DNA of 64,000 nucleotides from an uncultured Acidobacteriota bacterium. GTDB lineage: Bacteria; Acidobacteriota; Terriglobia; UBA7540. The stretch covers positions 32,001-96,000 of the forward strand of contig CAWDSK010000006.1 in assembly GCA_963804995.1 (NCBI GenBank), given 5' to 3'. The position numbers and the translations under genes are program-made. The notes under the pieces are model-generated. The model did not search any database. It was given only the letters and a program-made list of their open reading frames with translations, and was not told where the DNA came from. Positions 1 to 10,412 of this stretch are shown here, piece by piece. Every line of letters starts with the position of its first letter. Position 1 is the stretch's first letter.

Positions 1-1906
1 CAAGGAGAAGGTCCAACGGTTCTAGTTCTAACTTTTCGCCGGCAGCAGTGCGCACCGGAATGCCTGATTCTTGCCAGAGGAAATTCGGGGCCTCAAGGTC
101 GTCAGTAAAGGCACGAGCGTATGCTGTGCCACAGTTGCGGCAAGTAAAGAACTCTAGGATTCGGGTTCCGCAATCGCATCGTTCACGTGGCTGAGCATAC
201 ATTTTTCCGGCTGGTCCGCCCCGTAGACCTTGTGGCAGTGCAGAACAATTTGGATCCATGCACACCCACAGCCCGGGCAGGCCTCGGTAAAACGAATGTA
301 CTCGGCATGGAAGAAGCCCGGGCTCATCCGGAGACTTTTTTGCCAAACTTCCCAGGGCCATCAGCGCCGTAGTCGCGCGGTCGGCGATCGTATTATCGAC
401 GCCAGGAAATATTAGAGCGGCCAGCCCCTCCAGGGGCTGCGCTTGTTGCATTGTTAGATTTACTATTAAATTCATTGGGGAGAAGCCGACGAGTGCGTTG
501 TAGACCGTCTTGGAGAGGTCCAATGCACGTGCTTCTTGGCGGTAGTCGAGAAATGGCTGGATCGCATTCAGACGCATCACTTCCGATTCGGCGTAGAAGT
601 GATCGAAATCTATAGAGGCCAGCGCTTCGGCATCCGCTCCAGTGCCCACAGATGCAGGTGAACGAAGGGCGAGGTCCCCTGTGATAGGGACGAATGAATG
701 CGGGGTCTTTCCAGTGAGTTCCGCGCCGAACTGAGGCGCGTATGTGTAGTCACTGAAACTTGCACTCGTGCAGATAACCTGTATTCTTTCGGGCGGAATT
801 CCCAGCCGCACCCGCAGCCGTCGAATGAGCAGCGCGACCTCGGCTCCTGCCGCTCCTCGGTACAGGTGCGCCTCATCGAGTACAAGTAGAAAGTTCTCCT
901 TGGGATGATCATGTAGCCACCGCCGAGTCTCGTCAAAAATCGGGCGCTCAAGAGGACGCATCAGCATATATTCAAGCATCGAATAGTTGGTTACTATCAG
1001 ATCTGGAGGCGCTTGCTGCACTTCGTGCCGAGTCAAGAGTTCGGGATCATCAGCCAGGGTTACGCAGCGCTTAAATTCTCCATTCTTGTCCTGCCACCGT
1101 GAGCCGAGCCTTCCGAACCATGCGACCAAATCGGGCTTTGCAGGCCATTTCCCGCGTTTCTGCAATTCTTCGACGAGACTTTTCGAGACTTCACGTCGTG
1201 GGGAATTTGGATCTAATGAATTCAAAATATGACGAACGTAGTAAGCACCGATCGATGATAAACGCTCCTGGTCTTTCTTTGGGTCACGGACTCCCGGGTA
1301 AAGGGTCCTGCTCGTATACCGCGCGAAGCGTGCAGGGCGACCAGCCCATGTTTTGAACCGCAGGGTCAGGCGCTTATCACCGAACAACAACCTCAAACGC
1401 CCGAGCTGATCATTAACGAGTGCGTTCATCGGATACAAGATCATCGCCCTGACCGCAGCGTAATCCCGAAAAGAGCTAGGGTTCGCTGTCGCTTCCCTGG
1501 CAAGCTTGCCCAGTATTGGCAGCAGGAAACTCTCTGTTTTTCCTGACCCGGTTCCGGTCATTATCATGAGGCTTTTTCCTTTAACGAGAGATTGGTAGAT
1601 AGCCTCCGTCTGATGATGATATGGCGGGTCATAGACCAGTTGCCTTCCTTGCTCATTAGGGCTGCTTAGTGTTTCAAAAAGTCCGGCAATGTGGGGTTCG
1701 AGATTTTCGATGTCTCTAAATCTACATCCTGGTTTGTAGCGCGGGGTGCTCTCGATGTAAGGACGCTGATATATGACACCGAGGTCGTCAAGCAGTCTGC
1801 GCCGCTGGGCAATCAAGCCGGGATCACCAATGTGATACGTGGCCTCAATATACTCACGCAAAGAGCGCTGTAATTCGTTGATCGTTTCGTTGATTGTCGC
1901 TGGCAT
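1..1906 (-). CDS. druE: Large SF2 DEAH-box helicase, DruE-like (5' part only; runs off the window)
   Basis: Not in the ORF track because no stop lies in the window. Hand translation from ATG 1906 gives MPATINETINELQRSLREYIEATYHI..., Walker A TGTGSGKTESFLLP, motif Ia YPMNALVNDQ, TNYSMLEYMLMRP and motif II LDEAHLYRG. The DruE label is inferred from these motifs plus gene context. Confidence 0.8.
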   Translation of the reverse strand, partial: MPATINETINELQRSLREYIEATYHIGDPGLIAQRRRLLDDLGVIYQRPYIESTPRYKPGCRFRDIENLEPHIAGLFETLSSPNEQGRQLVYDPPYHHQTEAIYQSLVKGKSLMIMTGTGSGKTESFLLPILGKLAREATANPSSFRDYAAVRAMILYPMNALVNDQLGRLRLLFGDKRLTLRFKTWAGRPARFARYTSRTLYPGVRDPKKDQERLSSIGAYYVRHILNSLDPNSPRREVSKSLVEELQKRGKWPAKPDLVAWFGRLGSRWQDKNGEFKRCVTLADDPELLTRHEVQQAPPDLIVTNYSMLEYMLMRPLERPIFDETRRWLHDHPKENFLLVLDEAHLYRGAAGAEVALLIRRLRVRLGIPPERIQVICTSASFSDYTYAPQFGAELTGKTPHSFVPITGDLALRSPASVGTGADAEALASIDFDHFYAESEVMRLNAIQPFLDYRQEARALDLSKTVYNALVGFSPMNLIVNLTMQQAQPLEGLAALIFPGVDNTIADRATTALMALGSLAKKSPDEPGLLPCRVHSFYRGLPGLWVCMDPNCSALPQGLRGGPAGKMYAQPRERCDCGTRILEFFTCRNCGTAYARAFTDDLEAPNFLWQESGIPVRTAAGEKLELEPLDLLL

Positions 1907-1907
1907 G

Positions 1908-2984
1908 TTATCTCCCACTCCCGTCCTGCCGAACCATCCACATTCGTTCTTGAGCGAAATTAATTTCCGTGTCGAGTTGCGTCATGTCGAATGCATATGA
2001 GAACAAACAACCGGTGCTTACGACGGACCTACCGACGAAATCCCACCTCCGGCGAGCCCACAATGGCACAGGAGAGAAGAAATCGAGAAGCCTTTCGTTT
2101 GGGCGGGCGCCGTCACGCACTCGGAAAATCTGAGGTGTGCCTCTCATTGAATCTATTGCCTGCTGTAAGTGGAAGGCCTCATCGCAAGCTCTCCATTTGT
2201 GCTCATATATCGGCAAATCAAGTAGCTTTTCGAGCGCCCCGCCTTGGATTGAGACATAGCACCATAAATCGGCCCCGAATGGCTGCGGTCGCCTCGCGAC
2301 GAATAATCCGGTCTGAGTCTTTAGCGGTATCCACCTGGCCCGGTAGAATCGGACGGAGCGTTTGGGATCAAGCAAAATCATTTCCGGGATGGCCCCAGAA
2401 ATGCCCGCGAGGGCAAGTTTCTGGTCGTACTTTGCTACGTGGTTTCCTGCGGGGGCACACGATGGTAATCTCAACCACGCCTCTGGTTGCACCTCCAAAA
2501 GACCGAGATCCAAAAGGCGAGAGCGCGTCTTGATGTCCGCGTTGTGGATGGCCACTCGATAGTTTTCAAACGTTAATGTGACATCAATTTCCACGTCAAT
2601 TGGAAATCTTCCGTCGGGGTAGATACCGAATAGCAGCACTGTTGATTCAGACAGATATACGAAGCTCGGTGGAGCGGCGTACAACAGTTGAGCAGAGGTC
2701 TGAGAGGCAATATCCCTAGATTCAATAAAATCTCCGTAGGCCAGCAGCGAATCCAACATGTCCTCAATGTTGTCTCCGAGCTCCTCCGGGTCAAGATCGA
2801 AGCCTTCGAATGCCCCTGTGACTGTCCGAATAAGTTGGGAAGGTGGACAAGGGCAGAGGAAGGCTCCTGCTCTCCTCAAAAGAGCCGCAATGGCTTCGGG
2901 GGCAGTCATGTTGATGAGGTCGGATTCGAAACCGAGATCCGAGGCGGCAATTGACTGCACGGCTTCCACACTGATTTGCTGCAT
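1908..2984 (-). CDS. Hypothetical protein (~358 aa), Druantia accessory-like (DruG/DruD position)
   Basis: ORF 1908..3164; likely start at ATG 2984 (MQQISVE), 8 bp after the upstream stop. Ends 1 bp before the helicase start. No recognisable domain. Confidence 0.65.
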   Translation of the reverse strand: MQQISVEAVQSIAASDLGFESDLINMTAPEAIAALLRRAGAFLCPCPPSQLIRTVTGAFEGFDLDPEELGDNIEDMLDSLLAYGDFIESRDIASQTSAQLLYAAPPSFVYLSESTVLLFGIYPDGRFPIDVEIDVTLTFENYRVAIHNADIKTRSRLLDLGLLEVQPEAWLRLPSCAPAGNHVAKYDQKLALAGISGAIPEMILLDPKRSVRFYRARWIPLKTQTGLFVARRPQPFGADLWCYVSIQGGALEKLLDLPIYEHKWRACDEAFHLQQAIDSMRGTPQIFRVRDGARPNERLLDFFSPVPLWARRRWDFVGRSVVSTGCLFSYAFDMTQLDTEINFAQERMWMVRQDGSGR

Positions 2985-2992
2985 TATGAGCC

Positions 2993-5878
2993 TCAGTGAG
3001 CTACGTTGTCGGTAGACGGCTGCATTAGAGTGACAAACCTTGCCGTCCTCGCCAGGAGACGCTGCCGACGCAGGTAAGTGAGAGCGATGGCAAATTCGTC
3101 GGCAGCCCACAGGCGGACGCCTTCGGTGGCGCCGAAGGAGCGGAGAGCAAACTCCGTGATCCATTGATAGCCACTCATCCCGTGGTCATGTGCAAGCGAG
3201 ATGGCAGGGAGTTCAGCGAATTGGTGCAACGTGCGAACCAACAGCTTCGCTGCGCCATTTATGGATAACCATTTAAAATCGTCAGATTTTGTGGCCAATT
3301 GATTCAGGATATAGTTCTCCCTCGGGCTCGTGGAAATCGTCTCCTTGAACGTCTCAACAAGGTCGCGGTCTTGGTTCAGGGTACGTTCAATTGCGGCCCA
3401 TTTGTCGCCGCAGAGCAAGGCTACAATAGTATTCCTAAGCATACTGAGCACTTGTTCTTTTCGTATTTTTGCGAACAAGTCGCCTGGCAGGCGCGATCTC
3501 GACCACAACTCGAAGACCGCGAATATGTGATCGAGACGGTTCTCAGCGCTCTGCGTTCCAACACATGTACTTCCTAGGCCAAGATCGTTCAGAGAATGAA
3601 TCCGCGGCGGGATAACTACGGAGCATTGGTGGTCGCCAGATTTTCCGAGATACAGGCCGCCGTTTTCGGGAACCTGGAAGCCCGCAAGAAACTGAGGCCC
3701 GTTCAGTATTTCTTCCCGGTCTGGGTGGTCAAAGGACAGATACGACACCGTAATCGGTCGCTCCTCGTCGAGTTGAACGATGCGCAGAAAGTAGGATTGA
3801 TTCTGATGGCGTAATGCCCATCGTAGTGGAACAAACTCTCGCTCACATCGAACTTTCTGCTGACCTAATTCCCTGGTCCGAATATTGAGAACACATGCTG
3901 ATGCCTCGTCATATGCATTCTGCATGTGTTGAGTTTGAACGGCAGTTTTGAACGTGTTGAAAAATGTGTTGGCCGATACCGGTAATTTAATGGGACCAAA
4001 TTTGCGTTCAGCAATTAGAGCGGAGCAGTTCCGATCTCGATACATGAGGAGTTCCACCTCCGCATCATGGCAATCGGGCCCTAGAATCTCCACAACTGCA
4101 CTGCCTTCCCACAACTGCTCCATTGTTGGATTCGCCGGAGTAACAACGAGTTGGAGCGGCGAAGTGAATCCAGTGAGGTGATGTACGGCGCGGGGTGGCC
4201 TCACTTGCAAGTTAAGAGTTCCTATTGTTGCACGTTCCTGCGAGGCGTCGAAAAGGGAGAGCGTATACTTACCTTGGCCGAGTTCGCCAAGGCAAATGAA
4301 CATCGGATTCCTAATTTCACTCTGAGGAATAACCATCTCCGCTGGCTGTGGTCCTGAGAGACTCAGGACTAGGCCGGCTAAGGGAAAGTCAATCGCGATC
4401 CCTATACAGGGCCGGTCAGTATTCAGCCATTCGCAGGCACCCTCTCCGTCCCATACGGGAGGGACCAAACCGGCTGGCCAGACTCGAACTGCCCTAGCTG
4501 TGGTCAGTCCCAGTTCTCTAATTTTCTGTGAATAAGACTTGGAAATAGTTTCGGGCAGCGAAGTGCGAATCGCATGGATTCCAACGCATACCAATGTTAC
4601 GGGCGTGGCTCCTATGCCAGTTCCACAGAGAGGATCAGCACTCAGGACGACGTAGTCATTGCCCGGTCGTAAGATTTTGGTCAAATGTTCGACGGCTGAA
4701 CCGTCACTTGCACAGCGAAACACCCACGTTGGTCCCGGACGCAGCAAACACTCTGTGTGAAGCAGGCAATCAAGTTCTGGCACAGAATCGTCGAATTTCA
4801 AGAGCACTTGGCCTGTTTTTGGCCACCGAACAAGCGAAACCTCTTGTTCTGAAAATAGTACTCTGCCTCGGGCGAGCGGGCGGGGATCCCGCGCTCCAGC
4901 AACCGAGCAGCGCTGGCCAACGAGAATTTCCTTGAAGTTCGGAAACTTGGAGAGGAGGGGAGACAAGTTTGAAATTCGTAGCCGAACATCCCACGATCCA
5001 TTGGGGAGAGGGCGCAAAATGATTCTGGGTTCGATCCCGATTTCTCGCAATTCCCGTTTCGTACTGTTTTCATCTTCATCAGTTTGGCAACTCTCGCTTT
5101 TCTCGTCGAGTTCACCTACTGGCGCGCTGCCTTTTCGCAGCCCCGTCAGCCGAACCGCTGTAGCGTGCTGTCGAGCATCGCTCAACCATTCGCGCGACCT
5201 ACGCTCTAAATCCAAATCGGTCGCGATGCGTCGGCGCGTAGTCGGAAGGATCAGGCTGCTTGATTCTTCATTTTCGTTTAGCAGCAGAGAGGAGGCGATT
5301 TGTCCGACCAGGAGATGTTGTTCTGCGAGGTTTTGGAATCTCGAACTAGTCCTCCAACTGTAGGCCTCGATCCGTTCACCTAACATTTGCGGCGAACTTA
5401 GAAGTTCAGCATCAAAATAACCTCGGATGTCGTATAGAACTTCTGCGAGTTGCCGTTGAAGGTCTTTGGGAATAATGGCGTGCGTTATTGGCCAGGAGAT
5501 GATTGAAAAATGTTCAGCCCAACGGCCGTAGGGTTTTGCACCACCGAACCCCCGGTGAAACTTGCGAAAGGCCTCTCTAATCCAGTCACGATCCCCATGC
5601 ATTGACCAGCCGGGTGTACGGTCCGAAAAGGTCTGCCAGTATTCATCGCCGGAGAAGTCATACCCGATTTCGGTGGCGTAAACTACCCAGGCCAGCCAGT
5701 GGCGGTCCGACGGGCCAGTCTGCGCTATGTGATATTTTATGGCTTGTGAAAGAGCGTCGCGGTCAGATTCATTCATCCCATGCTCTAGGGCAAACAGAGC
5801 ACGCCTATTGCGATCAGGCTGCCGCTGCAGGGTCGCGAAATGCTGTTCGAGATTGACTTGCCATTCATTTAGTGTCAT
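2993..5878 (-). CDS. Large hypothetical protein (~961 aa), Druantia accessory-like (DruF/DruH position)
   Basis: 975-aa ORF; likely start ATG 5878 (MTLNEWQ). N-terminal FALEHG...EIGYDFSGDEYWQTF block. Operonic with the downstream ORF and the helicase. Confidence 0.65.
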   Translation of the reverse strand: MTLNEWQVNLEQHFATLQRQPDRNRRALFALEHGMNESDRDALSQAIKYHIAQTGPSDRHWLAWVVYATEIGYDFSGDEYWQTFSDRTPGWSMHGDRDWIREAFRKFHRGFGGAKPYGRWAEHFSIISWPITHAIIPKDLQRQLAEVLYDIRGYFDAELLSSPQMLGERIEAYSWRTSSRFQNLAEQHLLVGQIASSLLLNENEESSSLILPTTRRRIATDLDLERRSREWLSDARQHATAVRLTGLRKGSAPVGELDEKSESCQTDEDENSTKRELREIGIEPRIILRPLPNGSWDVRLRISNLSPLLSKFPNFKEILVGQRCSVAGARDPRPLARGRVLFSEQEVSLVRWPKTGQVLLKFDDSVPELDCLLHTECLLRPGPTWVFRCASDGSAVEHLTKILRPGNDYVVLSADPLCGTGIGATPVTLVCVGIHAIRTSLPETISKSYSQKIRELGLTTARAVRVWPAGLVPPVWDGEGACEWLNTDRPCIGIAIDFPLAGLVLSLSGPQPAEMVIPQSEIRNPMFICLGELGQGKYTLSLFDASQERATIGTLNLQVRPPRAVHHLTGFTSPLQLVVTPANPTMEQLWEGSAVVEILGPDCHDAEVELLMYRDRNCSALIAERKFGPIKLPVSANTFFNTFKTAVQTQHMQNAYDEASACVLNIRTRELGQQKVRCEREFVPLRWALRHQNQSYFLRIVQLDEERPITVSYLSFDHPDREEILNGPQFLAGFQVPENGGLYLGKSGDHQCSVVIPPRIHSLNDLGLGSTCVGTQSAENRLDHIFAVFELWSRSRLPGDLFAKIRKEQVLSMLRNTIVALLCGDKWAAIERTLNQDRDLVETFKETISTSPRENYILNQLATKSDDFKWLSINGAAKLLVRTLHQFAELPAISLAHDHGMSGYQWITEFALRSFGATEGVRLWAADEFAIALTYLRRQRLLARTARFVTLMQPSTDNVAH

Positions 5879-6586
5879 CTGTGGAATCAAGCCTTTGAGA
5901 TGACCGAGCCATTGCCCCACTACTGTTGCAAGAGTCTACACCACAGCCGGGACCAGTGAAATCGGATTTCTAGGGCTACAGTGCTGCTTGGCAAATGTGT
6001 TTGACCGATCGGTCGGGTGGGGTTGTGCTGCCCAAAGCTGTTTTCGCCCGCAACCCAAAGGGCCCGGGCGTTACACTTGTCTGCCTCTCCGCGCCAGCCA
6101 ATTCCGCGTCACCATTTGGCTCTGCGAATTTCTCGAGGCTTCATTCCCTTTGATTTGTCCGCGCGTGAATAAGGCGGCCAGCGGAGGAAACAAAATGATT
6201 GGGCTGGTGCATTCTCTCTGGACACGGCATTTGGGTTTCGGTCACGCAAACTACGGGCGATAATTATCTTGTTTCTGTCATGAGGTGCGCAGTGTGCCTG
6301 TAGTGAGGTATAGGTGGCGCGTGGACTCGCGAGCCGTAGCTGAATCACTGCAGACGATTCGGAAGAGAGACACTCCCACCAGCCTCGCCTGAAAGCAATC
6401 GGGAAGAGGCTGAAGTAAAGCTTGTCACCCTGCTACGCGGCACGTTGCCAATTCTCGTCATTGCATTGCTCGCCATCTACTTTGAGCAGGTCAGGAAGGT
6501 AAGGAAGTCGCCGAAGTCGTGCAAGGGCTCGCATAAACCGGTTTCGGACCGAGAAAGGAACTCCGCCTGGCGACACTGAATGAGAG

Positions 6587-8569
6587 TTACTCCTCCGTAC
6601 ACGACGGCAAGATGACGCGGGCCCCATGCTCTAGAGGGTAATTGACCGAGTGCTTCTCAACTTCAGGCAATGTGTCTTCTCTCAGAATCCTTTTGGAAAG
6701 CCACCTCTTTATCCAATAATCACCAATTTTTCGAGTTACTTCCCTTGGATTTGACCTGCCGTATATGAAATTGGCCCGCTTCGCTACCCCCAATAAAACC
6801 TCTCGAAAATTTGAGGCGAGGCTTATGCCATAAATTATTCGCGCGTTCCCGTGCATTAACAGCGAATCGGACGGCAGTCCAACAAGGGCGAGCCCGTCAC
6901 GGATCTTTCGAAACCTCGGATTAACGCCCTCGCCGAAGATACTGTTGACCCTGCGGCCCCCCTCACTCCTTGCCAACAGCACTTCGATTTCGTCTACGGT
7001 CGTCGGCGAAAGGTGATTCGAGCCGAACCCGAGCGACCGGCCCAACAATTCGTATTGCACTCCCGTTGCGGGCTTTCCGCCGACCTCTTCCGCAGGTATC
7101 CTCAAACGGTTGTATTGGCTGGAAGCGACGCCGTACAAACTTGTGGTCCCAAGTAGGACGAGTTGCGGCGTACGAAGGGCTGGTTTTCCGGCCATGGAGG
7201 AAGCAATAATGCTGGGAGTATTCCCATACCGCCGTTCGTACGCTACCGCAACCTCTGGGCTCGTAACGAGCATGGCGACCAGCTTTCCTCCGAGGAGAGG
7301 GTTATATGGAGCCACTGCGCCGCAAACCATGATATCTAGCATGTCGATGCCGATGTGACTGGCCTTCATATGCCGGATGATCACCTGGATGCCCCTTCGT
7401 CCTGGACTTGTCTTCAGTGCTAGGCCGAGAGTGTGTTTCGTGGGGGACTTGAATCCGGCTTCAAGTAAATTGAGTCTTGCTGCGAGGAGTTCGGCTAAGA
7501 CTTTTGCCCGCTTCGCCCTGAATAAGTACGATCGGGCTTCCTGCTCCCAGTCCTGTGTTGACTTCTTGTGTTGGCTTGACTTAGGGAATTTCCTATGCCA
7601 CTGACGAGCTAAGACGGCTTCCCTTAGTAGGGTGTCGACGATCTTTGGCGATGGGCTAAGCAGGTCTCTGCGCCTGACAATTTGTTCCTCTAGAAAGTCA
7701 TTGATATACACTGCCTTGACAAGTCGACTCCATGACTGCCAAATCCACTCCGCCCACCGTTTGGTCGGTTTTTGTTCGAGGCTCTCGATAAATCTGGCCG
7801 GCGTCCACCCTATCCAATTATCGCGCGGCGTCAATTGCACCACAGCACTCCCGAGTGCAGCGATGCCGATGATCGGATGGTTTTCGGCGGCCGCGTCCCG
7901 GACCAGAAGGCAGACTTGTCGTCCGGGCACGCTGTGGTATGGAATGACCCACGTATGTCTGAAGTACCGCCAAATATCGGCTAACCTGAGGCCAGTGAAT
8001 TCACAGGTTGCGCCTCGCTCGACGACTTGAATGTAAGGATCAATGCAGGCTCGAAGTGACTCCAGCCTCTTGGCTTCGTTCTCGCAATGGTCTATGGCCC
8101 GGAGTTTAGCGCTTAAGTCGGGTCCATCGCGCACAAGGGATAGGACCGACACCCAGCCGTTTGCTCCGACCCGTTTTGTCTCCATGCTTCGGATGAATTG
8201 CCGTGTGGCTGGAAGACAAAGCTGTGAGTCTCGTTCGAAAAGGTGGGCCTCCCGCACGCGTTGCTTCTCTAACGAAAACGAACTTGAGTCCGCTTCTGGG
8301 GGACAGCCCCAAAGCTGGGGCCCCTCCACGCGGAAAGTCCACCCTTGAACCCGAAGGTCGCAAAGAACTGAGACGCAGACCCGGAGTTCGTGGTTGCACT
8401 TGCCGGCTTCCTCTGCGGCTCTGAAGGCAGTTGTGCGAAGGGCCGCCGTTTCATTTCTGTCCGCGATCTTCCCTAGCTTTCGCGCAAACTCGAGCAGAAG
8501 GGCCCTTGCCTTGCCGTCGGAAAGGAGATTGGGCTTAAGTGGAACACAGTCTTTGTGCTGCTCGCTCAA
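6587..8569 (-). CDS. druA: DUF4338 / Druantia DruA-family protein
   Basis: 660 aa, TTG start with GGGAG RBS. Motifs WRYFRHTW..PY...PGR, HPIIGIAALGS, CGAVAPYNPLLGGKLVAML and TTSLYG..SSQYNRL are typical of DruA. Confidence 0.75.
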   Translation of the reverse strand: MSEQHKDCVPLKPNLLSDGKARALLLEFARKLGKIADRNETAALRTTAFRAAEEAGKCNHELRVCVSVLCDLRVQGWTFRVEGPQLWGCPPEADSSSFSLEKQRVREAHLFERDSQLCLPATRQFIRSMETKRVGANGWVSVLSLVRDGPDLSAKLRAIDHCENEAKRLESLRACIDPYIQVVERGATCEFTGLRLADIWRYFRHTWVIPYHSVPGRQVCLLVRDAAAENHPIIGIAALGSAVVQLTPRDNWIGWTPARFIESLEQKPTKRWAEWIWQSWSRLVKAVYINDFLEEQIVRRRDLLSPSPKIVDTLLREAVLARQWHRKFPKSSQHKKSTQDWEQEARSYLFRAKRAKVLAELLAARLNLLEAGFKSPTKHTLGLALKTSPGRRGIQVIIRHMKASHIGIDMLDIMVCGAVAPYNPLLGGKLVAMLVTSPEVAVAYERRYGNTPSIIASSMAGKPALRTPQLVLLGTTSLYGVASSQYNRLRIPAEEVGGKPATGVQYELLGRSLGFGSNHLSPTTVDEIEVLLARSEGGRRVNSIFGEGVNPRFRKIRDGLALVGLPSDSLLMHGNARIIYGISLASNFREVLLGVAKRANFIYGRSNPREVTRKIGDYWIKRWLSKRILREDTLPEVEKHSVNYPLEHGARVILPSCTEE

Positions 8570-8571
8570 CG

Positions 8572-10086
8572 CTAGCTCCCGAGAAAGGCCGCCAGAATAT
8601 TACTCCAAGCTATGCGCTTTCGGTTGTACCAATATCGTTGCTGGGGATTGACCGCTTCTGCCTCGGCTCTTGCCAGCGAAAAAAGAAGGCAATCGATGCT
8701 TACTCGCAATTCCCTGGAACCCTCTCCGCAGAGTGGGGCATAGACACGGTCGAAAAAAGGATGGTTACGGTTAAGGACCAACACGAGGGCGCCACGCTGG
8801 CGCTTCAAGGAATAAAAGGCCTCTTCGCGTAAGGGAAGAATAGATAGAGCGTATTTGGGGTTTCGATCCGTGCCTCTAGAAAGGGAAGAGAGCATCGGAG
8901 GATGCCGCCCTCCTGCCTTCTCTGGAATCGGGGGAAGGTATTTATCCCTTTGAGAGAGAATCTGAGCCGCGGGAGTCTTGGGGCGATCGTTTACCTTCGA
9001 ATATGCACGCCGGACGCGCGAATTCAGCGTGTGTGCGATGGCTTCGAGGTCTGCAGTTAGAATAGCTTCCAATTCGGGGCTCGGGTGAATAGCCTGCTTC
9101 GTGTAAGTCGGCCGGAAGTACTCGTCCAACTCCGCTCCGAAGGCTATCTCACATCGCCACCAATCGTCATAGTTTTCTCTTCGCTTCTTTCCCATGAAAT
9201 GCCAACCGTAACTGACCTCGCGACCTGCCCTTACAAGGGATGCGCCAGCGCCTTTGACAATGCCGTACCGGCGCTTGTCCTCAACAGGCAGATCGTGCCA
9301 ATCGGCGACTGGGAGTTCCGAAAAACGAACACAAATAGCTGAATTCCTCCCTGGATTGCCTGGCAGCCGGAACTTGTACGTGAGGGGCTTGGCGTAGATC
9401 TTGGCGCCGGTGAGGGGCGTGTCATGGTGGCAGAAGAGGGGATCAACGGGGACCACTCGTGTCCCGTTGATTGAGATCTCGACCCCGGCCCAGATTGAGT
9501 ATCGAAATATCCTTCCGATTTGGTTGCGCAGCTTTTCCCCTGAGACCGAGGTTGGCGTCTTTTCCAGCCTGTCGCATTTCCGCCAAACGACTAACGTGCC
9601 TGTTGCGCCTGAATAGGCTCGTGCCCATCCGGGCAATTTGGCGCTTCGGGGAGGCGGGATCTCCCGCATGGTGCCGTCGGCGATTTCGTCTACATCCAAA
9701 TACGAGTAGAGCGTACCGCCAGATCTTCTCCACGTGTAGATTTCCAGCCTGCGGGCTTGACTCAGTGAACTGGAGGGTAATCCCATGCCAAAGCGACCGG
9801 GGCCTGTCCGGTCATTGAATCGCGTTGTGCCCCCGAACTGTAAGGCCGCCCTGAGAGTGCGGTCGTCCATTCCGCAACCGTTGTCTAGGGCTGCAACCGT
9901 GACGCCGTGGTCCTTTTGAGATGTATCTTCTGTTGTAATGAAGACGCGCACTTTACTTGATTTGGCCTGAATGGAATTGTCCAAAAGTTCTGCAATTGCA
10001 TATGCTGGCCCTCCGTACCCGACCTCTCTAATTGCCAAGATAAAGTTCTGATCAGCCACGATGGAGAAGTCCCGTTGCAGTCCCAT
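8572..10086 (-). CDS. GHKL (HATPase_c_3 / MORC-like) ATPase
   Basis: N box AIAELLDNSIQA, G1 DNGCGM, G2 GRFGMGL, G3 GTLV. Its stop is 2 bp from the druA start; AAGGA RBS. Confidence 0.85.
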   Translation of the reverse strand: MGLQRDFSIVADQNFILAIREVGYGGPAYAIAELLDNSIQAKSSKVRVFITTEDTSQKDHGVTVAALDNGCGMDDRTLRAALQFGGTTRFNDRTGPGRFGMGLPSSSLSQARRLEIYTWRRSGGTLYSYLDVDEIADGTMREIPPPRSAKLPGWARAYSGATGTLVVWRKCDRLEKTPTSVSGEKLRNQIGRIFRYSIWAGVEISINGTRVVPVDPLFCHHDTPLTGAKIYAKPLTYKFRLPGNPGRNSAICVRFSELPVADWHDLPVEDKRRYGIVKGAGASLVRAGREVSYGWHFMGKKRRENYDDWWRCEIAFGAELDEYFRPTYTKQAIHPSPELEAILTADLEAIAHTLNSRVRRAYSKVNDRPKTPAAQILSQRDKYLPPIPEKAGGRHPPMLSSLSRGTDRNPKYALSILPLREEAFYSLKRQRGALVLVLNRNHPFFDRVYAPLCGEGSRELRVSIDCLLFSLARAEAEAVNPQQRYWYNRKRIAWSNILAAFLGS

Positions 10087-10124
10087 TTGCGTTTCCTTTC
10101 TTTGCCTAGTTCAATTCCATTAAG

Positions 10125-10153
10125 ATTTAATAATCGTACGCACGATTTGTCAA
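10125..10153 (-). promoter_or_regulatory. Sigma70-type promoter with palindromic operator in the spacer
   Basis: TTGACA (10153-10148)-N17-TTAAAT. The spacer holds a perfect AATCGT-N4-ACGATT palindrome (10132-10147). Confidence 0.55.
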
Positions 10154-10193
10154 GGAAGAACTTTCCCCGGACTGCACGTACACCTCGACGCGA

Positions 10194-10412
10194 TTAGTTG
10201 AGAGATTGGGCCGCCGTGGGCTTAACATACCCGCAGGGGCAGCGTCCCGTGCTAGGCGAAAATCGGTGCGAACGGTAAAGTGGGCATCGAGGGTAGAGCC
10301 GGGGTTGTCCACCAGTATGCGGAACAAGATTGGCTCGTTCAGGCCTTGGGATCTTTGCCCACCGTTTGCGTGCAAGCTTGGAGGCGTGAATGTCTTTGCG
10401 TTTCTTGGTCAT
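10194..10412 (-). CDS. Small basic protein with Cys/His cluster (possible Zn-binding regulator)
   Basis: 72 aa, Lys/Arg-rich N-terminus, C-terminal CPLYRSH...CPC. TACAAT lies shortly upstream of the ATG. Confidence 0.45.
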   Translation of the reverse strand: MTKKRKDIHASKLARKRWAKIPRPERANLVPHTGGQPRLYPRCPLYRSHRFSPSTGRCPCGYVKPTAAQSLN

